Source: Amoebophrya sp. A120 (taxonomy: Eukaryota; Protista; Dinoflagellata). From it: a DNA stretch of 64,000 nucleotides. Below, piece after piece: positions 13,531 through 25,600 of this stretch. Location of the stretch: positions 6,420,648 to 6,484,647 of the forward strand of contig CAJINV010000003.1 of NCBI GenBank assembly GCA_905178155.1, written 5' to 3'. How positions within the stretch are numbered: the stretch's first letter is position 1; the number at the start of each line of letters is the position of its first letter. The notes beneath the pieces were generated by a model. The model had not been told where the DNA came from. It was given only the letters and a program-made list of their open reading frames with translations, and did no database searches. Position numbers and translations under genes: made by a program.

Positions 13531-14148
13531 TTATCAAATAATCACGCAACAAACGCATCGCGCGAATGGCAACTTTGAGGCCCCCGCTAATCAATGGAAT
13601 TTACTCACTTCGTGCTACGGGGCGAACGTGGAGCACGAATACACAAGCGCAAAGCCGATTCGGATTATCGTGTGTTTTGCTGTAATGGTGCCGATGAAAG
13701 AGCTAGACTAGTAGATCCTGTAGATCCAGCAACAGTACTTACAGCAAGACAAGAGACGAGTTTTTTTTATGAAAAACAAAGAGGAGAAAAAGACACACGG
13801 TCCAATTGCACAAGCGCAGTGTCGATCTAGCGAATTCATCTCGAGCCCATGTGAATGTGTCGTGTAGATCCTTATGAATATCGAAATCATACGGAATGGT
13901 CATGATGATCCAATTGATCTGTTGATAAGAAGAAGATCTAAATCCATCTGTACATCGTGCTCATAAAAAGTTGAGTAGTCTCTACATTTCTCGCAGGGAA
14001 AGATGAGATGTGAGTAAAGAATGGAAGGGCCACAGACATCAGTAATGATAGAAGGTTTGTCGACTCTCGTATGACTCACTCACAGTAGCAAGAACACGTG
14101 TGCGCGCCACTATTTGTGTGTCGTTGTGACGACTGTTATTTTTTTACG

Positions 14149-15663
14149 ATGGAGGGTGGCCTCTGTTTCGCCGTCGATACGGATCCCTGTGGAAGGATAA
14201 GTACGAAGGTCGAGCGGAAAACCAGCAAGCCTTCATCTGCGTCTGTGACCACGTCGGACGTGGCTGCAAATCCAAATGTCCCGGCGGAAAGCCACGCGCG
14301 CGTGCGGGACGAGAAGGGGCGGCCGGGCGAGGTGGCGAGCAGCACGTCAACTACGCCCGAGCGGTACCCTTTTCTGGAAAGATTGCAGGTTGTGAAAAGC
14401 CAGCTGCTAGAGACACGGGCTCGACAGGATCGGTATTTTGCGACCTCCTGCCCAGAATTGGGCAGACCGTGCTTCGTTTGCGGGCAGATCGGACATACCA
14501 AGAAGGATTGCCCGAAGCGACACCGGAACAACGCATCAGAGTCCAAAGCAGGCGGGCAGAATAAGATGAAATTATGCAGCGAAGAGAACAAAACGGCGGC
14601 TGGCTGCACTAAAGTAGAACCAGCGCGAGTGCTCACGGAGGATCTACTTCCCGAGAAGAAGAGAAGACGGAAGAGTAATTCCGGTGCTGTTGTTCCAACA
14701 GCAGCAAAAGCACGACTCAGCAATCGCGCCGAGGGTCGATACCCAGCGCTCCTTCAGGACGACGGGTCGATGCCCATCGAGTTACCTGCCTCGCTTGGAA
14801 AGATGTGGGCGGCTTTGCGGGCCGCGGGCTCGACTCGTGGGCAACAAAATGAACCTGGTCTTGAACAAACAGACGAGGGAAATGCAGCGAGTAAGAAAAG
14901 TAGCAAGAAGAGAAAGAAGCACCACCGCGAAGACGCGTTGTACCGCGAGCTAGAACTGACACGAGATGAAAAAAAACAGCTGCTGACGATTCCAGTTGAG
15001 CTTGCAGGAGGTGACACCAAAATAAATGCGGCGCCATCAATACTAGAATCTCAGGCAACTGCACCACAAGACCGTTTTTCCCTAGAATTGTGGTCCGCTG
15101 CGGAGCGGACCGAGCTACTCTGCTCGGCTCCCTCTGATCACCCCGATTCAATGGCCGTGGATCCGCTGGAGCGGCGCTGCCTGGTTTGCGGCGACCTGGG
15201 ACACGGACTGGGTCTGGAGAAATGCCCACGGGTGGCCGAGGAGCGGCGTCGCAAGTACGAAGAAACGCAAGCCTACTACCGAGCCATACGGGAGCGGGAG
15301 GCGGCGAACTCCACTTCGTGGGACCAAGAATCCTGGGACAATTGGTATTGGGACGATGCAGCGGGTGTGTGGAAAGAAAAATCAAACAACAAAGGGAACA
15401 ATGCTGCGCGAAACGAAAAAAGCAGACAAGAAGAGCGACCACAATCTGTTTGGGAGGGTTGTTCCGGAGAACGAGCTTTTGGATCGGGATCTCGCAGAAG
15501 TTCGAAGAAGAGAGCGGGCTCGCCTCATGCCGATCAGGCAGATTTTGCTACGCACCGGCATCGGAATTCATCTTCCTCGATAGGAAATCAAGAAAAAAAA
15601 GCCTCTAGTCCCGCAAAATCAGGGAAAAAAAAGAAGTCTTCCAAAAAACAAAAAGCGGCATGA
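14149..15663 (+). CDS. CCHC zinc-knuckle protein, single exon, lysine-rich (probably nuclear RNA-binding)
   Basis: Knuckle CFVCGQIGHTKKDC and a variant knuckle CLVCGDLGHGLGLEKC; several basic NLS-like tracts; first ATG at 14149. Confidence 0.75.
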   Translation: MEGGLCFAVDTDPCGRISTKVERKTSKPSSASVTTSDVAANPNVPAESHARVRDEKGRPGEVASSTSTTPERYPFLERLQVVKSQLLETRARQDRYFATSCPELGRPCFVCGQIGHTKKDCPKRHRNNASESKAGGQNKMKLCSEENKTAAGCTKVEPARVLTEDLLPEKKRRRKSNSGAVVPTAAKARLSNRAEGRYPALLQDDGSMPIELPASLGKMWAALRAAGSTRGQQNEPGLEQTDEGNAASKKSSKKRKKHHREDALYRELELTRDEKKQLLTIPVELAGGDTKINAAPSILESQATAPQDRFSLELWSAAERTELLCSAPSDHPDSMAVDPLERRCLVCGDLGHGLGLEKCPRVAEERRRKYEETQAYYRAIREREAANSTSWDQESWDNWYWDDAAGVWKEKSNNKGNNAARNEKSRQEERPQSVWEGCSGERAFGSGSRRSSKKRAGSPHADQADFATHRHRNSSSSIGNQEKKASSPAKSGKKKKSSKKQKAA

Positions 15664-16637
15664 GGCATCTTTAGCGACATACTTGCGTAGTTCTTCGACA
15701 GGTTTTTACCAGCGACATGATTTTGCTATCAGATCTGGAATAATTTCGCAGGAATTGCAAGCAAGTGCCGGGGTAAGTATTTATTTTAGTCTGACCGACT
15801 CGGACACCTGTATGATAGAGCCCCCCACTCGAAAATGAAAAGCAATGGCTGTCGTTCGTCGCAAAAAGTTTCACGTGTTCCAATTTTCGTCCTGGTATAA
15901 ACAGAATTTTCTTGGTAGTTCTAGTTGTGCATGATCATCACTGCAACCCACATCAGCAAGTTCAAAGACGAGAGAACGCGTTGGTTAAGCTTGTAGATGC
16001 TTGTGCTTTATTTGCTCGGAGTATCGTCATCGAAATACGTCACGTTGAAAATTGTGAGGCCCGACTTGGGGTCCTTTGCAGCCGTCTTTCTCGTTTACGT
16101 TTAGAACTGAACCCGACAGCACCTTGCTTCTCGAAAAAATAGTGCCGTTGAAAAAAACCCTGATACTGATTGCCGCACCATATTATCCCGATAGAAGTTA
16201 CAACACGCGCTACGTAAAAAAATTGTTTCCCCTGATAACCAATGCGCTACGTGAAAATTCGTTTGCCGACAACCTCCCGAATTTGTAGAAACCCAGCCCC
16301 CTGGTAACGAAATTCATTTTTAGATAAGTACTAATTTGGAGCATCGGAAGTTCTCCAAGAGCAAGGCAGAGTTTACTTCTCAAGGGACGTTGGTTCGCGA
16401 CTATCTCCTAAGCTACGTGGCAATTATTTGCTTCAATCTACACAATCATTCAATATACACAATCCAAAAAAAACTGCGCTCTAGACAGGCAGAGCGGTCT
16501 TTTTTTTTCCCCGGTAGGGAATGCGAGTTGAGAAGGTACGAAGCTCAAGACTACGAGGAAACGCCTGGAAAAACAAGTGGCTGTCAAAAAAAGTACTCCG
16601 TATCCAGTGGTAGACGAACACGTAGCCAACTACAAAG

Positions 16638-19600
16638 ATGCCGGACGAAAAGGCTGCGGCCGATGCATTCAAGCCGGATGCTTGGGTGCACGACAAGGTG
16701 TACAACATCTTCGGCTTCCCGAAGGCCAAGAAGGACAAGGCCATGCAAGCATTGGATGACGACACCAAGACGGAGGTGAAGACGTTCTGTGACAAGGAGG
16801 AAATCAATTTCTTGGTCTTCTCCTCCGCGGCGGAGGGCGTGTGGACGGCGACTAGCGAGTTACCGGATATTACGAAGCTGAAGAAGAAGATCCTTTTCGT
16901 GCACAAAGTATACATTCATGTTGTACAGTTTGCGGGTGTACTAAGTTAGTGCATCATCGTCATTGATTTGGGCTCGTTGCATTTTTGCATCGATGTTGAG
17001 CGTGACAGAGAGCGAGAATCTTTCCCTCCAGTTTCGGAGACGGAAACCATAACCAAGCGATTGAAAAATTCTTCACAGTGCGGCTCTGGGAAAATCACCA
17101 AGGACAATCTGTACGACCGGGTGCTGTTCATGGAAGCCACGAAAGACCTGATGTCGATGTTGAACAACTACTGCCACCACATCTACCTGTCTACGCTTTC
17201 GAACCCGGCAAACCAGACGGGCTGGAGTGACCTGATCAGCAAAGACCTCATGGACAAGTACCACGTCTTTCTTGCGAACCTCCACGTCACGTGCGGTTTG
17301 ATGATGGGAAAAACACTGCTCCCGCTGCCCCCGAAAGAGGCCACAAACGAACGTGCCTCCTCAACGAACAAGGATCGCGTGCACATCCTGGAGTCCGCTG
17401 TCATCACCTGGACGAAGCAAATCTCGCACGTGTTGAAGCAAGATCCGGAGGTGCTGCTGAAAACGGGGAACCCAGGACCACAGGTGGAACTGGAGTTCTG
17501 GCGCAACAAAGCGAGCAACCTGAACGTGATCTATGTAAGATAAAGTTGAAAAGTACAGGGCAACAAATTTCCTGATTTGTTGCCCCATACGGTAGAATAT
17601 CTTCTCCCGCACCCGCAAAAGCAAATGAATGGCGCAGGACTTGTGTGGTCAGCTCGAAGTTTAATGTTGGGCCAAATGAATAAAGCAACAGGTGCATGGT
17701 CCAGTGTGATTAAATTCGTTGATGACTTCGCGGGTGCGGGTAATTTGTTCACTTGCATACTAATCATGCCCAGCTCCAGTCCGAACAGCTGAAGAAGGTG
17801 TTAAAGTTCCTGGAGCAGAACAAATCAACGTACACGCAGCCCTTCTCGAGACTGCAAAAGGAGGTCGAGCAGGCACGGGACGAGGCGATCGACAACGATC
17901 ATTTCTTGAAAACGCTTGTCCCCTTCTTCGACGTTCTAACGAACGACGGCGCGGACTACGAGAAGCTGCCGAACTGTTTTGACGGGTTGCTGCACACTAT
18001 CTTGCTCGTCTGGAAATACTCGAAGTACTACAACACCCCGGGGAGACTGGTCGTGTTGATCCGCGAGGTTTGCAACGTGATCATCAACCAATCGCTGAAG
18101 TACATTAACGGGCCGCAAATCTTCACCCTGATCCAAAACGAAGAAGCGAAAGAGGCAGTCGACAAATTGGAAAGGACCCTCGCGATCTGCACGGAGTTCA
18201 AGGATCGGTACGCCATGTACAAGGACATCGCGGAGCAGCAGCCGAACGGCGGGTGGAAGATCCAGTCCAACGCCTTGTTCGTGCGGTTGGACGCCTTCCG
18301 CGAGCGCTGCAGGGACATTTTGGATTTCACGAAGACGATCGTGCAATTTATCAAACTGGAGCGGATCGATATCGGCGGCACGAAGGGAAAGTTGCTCACG
18401 CAGGCGATTGTCAACATTTACGACGAGTTCCAGCGTGCGGTGGCGAAGTTTCAGTCAGTGGATTACGACATCATGGACATTGGTGAGATGCGGTTCGACG
18501 ACGACTTTTTTGCCTTCCGCATGGCCATCCGGGAGTTGGACCGAAGAATGGCAACCGTGCTCGGGCTTGGGTTCGACGACCTGGACTCTGTCGCGGGTCG
18601 GGCGAAGCTCTTCGACGGATTTGAGGGCCTGCTGGAGCGGCCGATTTTGGAGGACGAACTCGAGAAAAAGTACACGGTGATGTTGACGACGGTGAAAGGA
18701 GATCTGAAGGTGTGCAAGACGCTTTTCAGCCAGAACAAGACGCAAATCGACCTCGTGTCCGACATCGCGCCGCTCTTCCTCAACTTTCCGCCGGTCGCCG
18801 GTGCCATCTACTGGGTTCGCGCGCTGAAGCAGAGGATCGACATGCCAATGAGCAAGTTGTTGGTTTTCAACAAGTTGGTCCGGGAGAAGCCGGAAGAGTA
18901 CCGGGAGGTCGAGAAACTGTACAACCAGCTTTCCGAGCTCTTTGACGACTACGAAACGAAGAAGTACAAGGAGTGGAAAGCGACGCAGGTCGAGCCGACG
19001 AAGGAGAAGTTGAAGATGCGGCTGCTGCGGCGGATGGAAAAGACTGGGTTGCTGAAGGTGAACTTTGACCCGGCTCTGGTCAGGCTGCTACGGGAGACGC
19101 GGTACTTCCTCCTGTTTGGACTAGAAGTGCCTGACACCGCGTTGAACATCTTCTCGCGCGCGGACGTGTACCGCACCTGGTGCGGCCAGTTCGATATCGT
19201 GGTCGGAAAGTACAACGCGGTCTTAACCGAGCTACTACCGGTGGAAGAACCGCTGTTGGAGGACAAGATTGTCCGCATGGACAGTGCACTGAGCCCCGGC
19301 CTGACCGACCTGAGGTGGAAGTCGGAGGAAAAGATTCCGGCCCTGATAAAATCCGTCACCGACGTCGTGGGCGAGGTGAGCGACATTGTGGACGCGATCA
19401 AGGGAAATCTGAAGAAGATCTCCGCGATTATCGAGCAATGGTGCCAGTCACCGTTGTTGGAAAGAAAAGCGAAACCGATGGCGGTGGACGAGTTCGATTT
19501 GGCGCACAAGGCCAACGTCGGAACCCGGTTGCACATGATGGGCGAGGCGGGCAAGGAGATCCATAAGTTCCTGAAGGATTCCAACGAGGCACTGAAGGTG

Positions 19601-22600
19601 GCGAAGTCCAGCAACATCTGGAAGAACTATGTCGATTTCGTGAACAACATCATGATCGAGGGCTTCGTCTCGGTGATCGCGGTCTCTTTGCAGTACCTGT
19701 GCGAAATCTTGGACCCGCTGATTATTTCCCGGCACGACGTCCAGCCCCTGTTCGACATCAAAATCGAACTTGACCCGAGCAGCGGCGAGATCGTGTTCGA
19801 CCCGCCATTTGCGCCCAAGGAAAAAGACGGCGTTGCGCTCCGGGGCACAATCAACGGCTGGCTCAAGGACTTCTTCGCCATGGCGGCGGTGACGATGCCG
19901 CGCTTGGATACGGGTACCGGGGATTATTTGAACGAGATGAAGGAACACTTTCAGATGCAATGCCTGTTGTCCCTTGTCTTTGAACTGATCGACAACACGG
20001 AGATGAAGTGCATCGATTACCGGCAGACGTTCATGCAGCACAGCTTTTTGTGGAAGGAGTCTTTGGAGGAGACCTTCGCCGACTTTTTGCTGGACGGCGC
20101 GAAGGACTTGGTGAACCCGGAAGTCGAGGACGGCATGGACTTTCACACTCTGATGGACACGGCCGGAATTGATATGGGTCCCAAGATCCCGCCCTTCGAG
20201 CGGTTCGATGAGCAGATCACGCGGTTCAAGCGTCTGAAAGAGGAAATTGCGGGGACCAAGACCCCCGTGGACATCCACTGGCTGCGGATCAATTCTCAGC
20301 CCGTGAAGATCAATTTGGTGCAGTACGTCGCAAAGTGGGAGGAGAAGTATTCGATGTACCTCCACAGCTACGTCGAGCAAAGAATCGTGCAGTTGATGGG
20401 TTTCATCAACAACGTGCAAAAGGGTTTGACCGAGATCTCGCCGGCGGACGACCCGGAAAATTCCAAACTTCTGTACCAGACCATGACGCACATCCGCGAT
20501 GTAAAATTTTTGCAAGGCCCACTGAAAACACTCTTCGAACCCATCCGCCAGGGGTGCAACCTGTTGCGCAAGCACGGCGTCCCGGTTGCCGAGGAACACT
20601 TGATCGAGCTGGAGGCGGCGCCGGCCAGATGGGAGGAGGTGATTCGTGCCGCGTTCGACGAACGTGAGCGGATTTTGCCCTTGCAAAACGTCGAGATGCT
20701 GAAGATCCGTCACACCATTGATTCCTTTGGCTCCACCGTCGGCGACTTTCGTACCCAGTTCCGGGCGGAGTGCCCGTTCGACCACGGCCGGTTCTTGGAT
20801 TTGCCGATTCCGGAGGAGCTGCAGGCGGAGATCGATGAGGCAGCCAACTCGCAGGACGCGCAAAAGTTGATTGACGCGTTTGAGTCGGAAGGCTACGACC
20901 GCGCTTACCAAACGCTAGATGACTATTACGTGAAGACGCACGAGATCCAGAAGACCGCGAAGGAGTACAATAACTTGGAGATTTTGTTCGACATCTCGGT
21001 GTCGAACTACAGAAGCCTGAAGGAGTCGCTGGACGATCTTGGCTTGTTGAAGAACTTGTGGGATACGATTTCTATGATAAAGACCACCTTCAAGGAGTGG
21101 AACACCACACTGTGGGATAAGATCAACACGGACGATTTGATGCAGCGAGTGAAAGAATTCCAGATGCAGATGAAGGTGATGCCGAAGGGTATGCGCACCT
21201 GGCCGCTGTACAACTGGCTCGTCGATCAGGTGAAGAACATGGCGACGGTGCTTCCCTTGATTAACGACCTGCGTTCCGACACCATGCGAGACAGGCACTG
21301 GACTATGATTATGGCGGTTACGGGTAAGCACTTCGAGAAGGGCCCGAACTTCTGCTTCCGCGACTTGCTCGTTTTGAACTTGCACCATTTCGCCGATGAC
21401 GTGTCCGAAATCGTGGATCAGTCCGCAAAGGAGGCCAAGATTGACAAGAAGTTGACCATCATCCGTAACACGTGGAGCAAAATGGAGATGCGGTTCAACA
21501 TGTCCAACCCGGATGTGCCGCTGTTGGAGGAGTTAGGCGAGACTGTCGAGATTTTGGAGGCCCACAGTTTGGAAATGGTCGGCATGACGTCCCAGGGTCG
21601 TTTCATCGAGTTCTGTCAAGCGGTGGTGGACGAGTGGTCCGCGAAATTGAGAACCATCGATGCTGTCGTGGACATCTGGCAAAAGGTGCAGCTGAATTGG
21701 TCGCGGTTGGAGCCCATTTTTATGCAGTCCGACGATATCCGATCGCAGCTGCCAGACGAGTCGAAAAGATTCGAGGCGGTCGATGGAAAATGGAAGGAGT
21801 TGATGTTAGACGCGTCCCAATCCACCATGCTGGTCGAGATCTGCTGCGCAGAGGGACGGCTGGATGCTCTGCGCGAGATCCACGACACAATCGAGACGTG
21901 CGAGAAGGCTCTGAACGATTACCTCGAACAGAAGAAGAAAGCGTTCCCGCGCTTCTACTTTGTGGCGAACCAGGCGCTGCTGGATATTCTCTCGAACGGT
22001 AACCGCCCCCTAAAGGTTGCAGCGTATTTGGGTGATGTATTCGACGCCACCAAGACCTTGGACTTTTCGAAGTCTCCCGATGACGGCAAGATCGGTTGCG
22101 GTATGGTCGCGAAGGATGGTGAGTATGTGGCGTTCCATGAAGATTTCACCCTTACCGGTGCTGTGGAGACGTACCTCTACAACCTGGAAGGTCATGTGAG
22201 ATTAGTGTTGCGCGATCAGATGGAAGTTGCCCGCGGCACCGCGGAGAACTGGGAGATCGACAATCCCCGAGAATTCTGGCTGGAACCGTACTGCGCACAA
22301 ATAGCGCTCCTGATCACGATGATGGTGTGGACCGAGGAGACCGGTCGCGCGTTTGAGGAGATCGAAGCGGGAAGTGAGACCGCGATGAAGGATTACAAAC
22401 GCGTTTGCGACGACCGGATTGAGAAGTTTATTATTCGTGTGCAGACCGACTTGTCTCCCGAACTCCGCGTGAAGATCATCACTGTGATTACCATCGATGT
22501 GCACGGCCGGGATGTCGTCGAGGGCTTCGTAAACAAGAAGATCATGGACGCCGCGGCCTTCGCGTGGCAGTCGCAGTTGAAGTTCTACATGGGACCAAAA

Positions 22601-25600
22601 CCGCAGAACCCGCCGAGTCTGGTCAGTCTCACTCCGGACGAGCTAAAGACGTGCTTTGTGAAGATCTGCGATTGGGTCACCGTCTACCTCTACGAGTACG
22701 TTGGAAACTGCGGTCGGTTGGTGATTACCCCACTGACGGATAGGTGCTACATCACGCTGTCGCAGGCCTTGAACTTGACTCTCGGCGGCGCGCCGGCCGG
22801 CCCGGCCGGAACCGGAAAGACCGAAACCACCAAAGATTTATGCCGCGCACTGGCTTTGCCGATCGTGGTGTTCAACTGCTCCGATCAGATGTCGTACTTG
22901 ACGACTGCCAATATTTTTATGGGGCTGGCGCAGGTCGGTGCTTGGGGTTGTTTCGACGAGTTTAACCGGATCTCGATCGAAGTGTTGTCCGTGGTATCAA
23001 CGCAATACAAAGCTATTCTCGATGCGATTCGTGAGAACGCGAAGACGTTTCTGTTCATGGACGAGGAGATCAAGCTGATCGCGACGATTGGTGCATTTAT
23101 CACCATGAACCCGGGTTACGCGGGGCGGACGGAACTGCCGGAGAACCTGAAGGCGTTGTTCCGCTCCTGCGCCATGATCGTGCCAGACTTGACCTTCATC
23201 TGCGAGAACATGTTGATGAGTGAGGGATTCGTGATTGCCCGTCCGCTGTCGCGTAAATTCGTGACTTTGTATGGTCTGTCCGCGGCACTGCTGTCCAAGC
23301 AGATGCACTACGATTGGGGTCTGCGTGCGGTCAAATCGCTGCTGCGTCAGGCGGGGAAGCTCAAGCGGAAGGAACCCGATGCGGATGAAAACCCGGTGCT
23401 GTGCCGTGCGCTGCGTGACTTCAATACCCCGAAGATTACGACCATGGACATGCCGATCTTCCTGCGCTTGATCAAGGATCTGTTCACCGGCGTGTGGCCG
23501 GACCCCTTCGTGGATGTCGAGTTCACCAAGGTGTGCGCGGGCGTGATCAAGAAACGCGGTTTGCAAACGGACTCCTCCTTCGTCGTCAAGGTGGTCAGCC
23601 TGCTTGATATCCTGTTTGTGCGTCATTGCTGCTTCATTATTGGTCCCGGTGGCTGCTCCAAGACGGAGGTGTGGAAGTCGTTGATGGCTGCGGTCAAGGA
23701 AATCGGCCAGGAGGGTTTGTGGGAACAGATTAACCCGAAGGCGATCACGCACTCCGAGTTGTACGGCTCCATGTCGAAGACCAAGGAGTGGAAGGATGGT
23801 GCCATCGCGGTTGTGATGCGGAACATGAGCAAGGAGATGAACGGGTATAGAATTTTTCCAGATTACTTATTTTGATCATGGACATGATTTGAACAAAAAT
23901 TTTGAATCATGCCAAACATGCTTTTTAGGCACGTTCCTTTTCAAGGGCAAACGATCATTCTGTTTGCAGAGGTGCTACAATTATCAAATGAGCAAACCCT
24001 TATCAGGTACAAACCAATCCATCAGCACCGCTGGGTCATCCTTGATGGCGACATTGATGCGGAGTGGATCGAGTCGATGAACACGGTGATGGATGACAAC
24101 AAGGTGCTCACGCTGGTCTCCAACGAACGTATCGCGTTCGCGCCCACCATGCGAATGTTGCTCGAGATCGAGAACATGAAGCACGCGTCTCCCGCAACCG
24201 TCTCCCGTGGTGGTGTGCTGTTCATCAACGAGACCGATGTGGGCTGGAAGCCTTTTATGGAGTCGTGGCGTGAAAACCTAGATCAGGTTGCGCAGTCGAC
24301 GTTTTACCTGTTGTTCGCGAATTACTTCGAGGCGAACATCGACTCCATCCGTAAAATGTTCGCGTTTTCGTGCCCGCTGCTCGACATGGGCTTCATCCAG
24401 TCCATCACGTGCATGATTGACGCTCTATTGAACAACAACTCAAAGGAAAATATGGAAGCTTTGAAGCAGATGTCTGTCGACGATCAGAAGCTTGTGTACG
24501 AGGCCTACTTCATCTACGCCATGAACTGGGCCATCGGCGCATCCGTCGCGGATGACAAAGTGACTAACTATCGTAAGGCCTGGGGCTCCTTCTACAAGGG
24601 CATCGCCAAGGTAAAGTACCCCGAGGCTGGGAATCCCGAAGACTACCGGTTCGACACGGTGAACAAGGAGTGGGTGCACTGGGAGAACTTTGTCAAGCCC
24701 TATGAGCCGATTCCGGGCATCGAAGTGATGTACCAGAACATCGTGGTGTCCGGCGTCGACATCGAGAAGTACAAGTACGTGCTCGACTTGCACATCAGCC
24801 GGTATAAACCAGTTTTGTACGTGGGTGTGCCCGGTACGGGGAAGACCACGATCGTCAAGGATTACTTGACAGAAGTGAAGATCCGCCGCGACGACATGAT
24901 GTCCTCCACGATTTGCAACAACAGTTACACATCTTCCTACGCCTTCCAGTCGATTTTGGTCTCATCTTTGGACAAGCGGACAGGACGAACCTATGGTCCG
25001 CCGAGCAACAAAAAGTGTATCTTCTTCGTCGATGACTTGAACATGCCAGCGATGGACAAGTACGACACGCAATCCGGTGCCATGTTGCTGCTGCAAATGC
25101 TCTCCTACATGCAGATCTACGACCGTGATGATTTTTCCATCAAAAAGGACCTGCAGGATATTCAGTTCGTGTGCTGCATGAACCCCAAGGCCGGTTCTTT
25201 CATGATCAACGACAGGCTCCAGAGGCACTTCACCGTCGTGACGACCTTCCTACCCACCGCGGAGTCCATCAAGGGCGTTTACGGGCCGATTGTGGATACT
25301 CACTTTAAGCAGGGCTTCCCGAAAAACATTCAAGACCTTGGGCCAGTGCTGGTGCAGGCCACAGTTGATGTGCTGCAGAACATTTTGAATACCCCGTGCT
25401 TCTTGCCCTCTGCTGCTAAGTTCCACTACCAGTTCAACTTAAAGGATGCGGCCAACATCTTTCAGGGAATCGTATTCACGAACCCGGCCATGTTCAAAGA
25501 TGGGCCGGCGAAGATGGCGCGCTGCTGGCTCCACGAAGCGAACCGGGTGTTCGGGGATCGACTTGTCTCGCACTCCGACGTTGCGGAGTTGCAGGCGATT

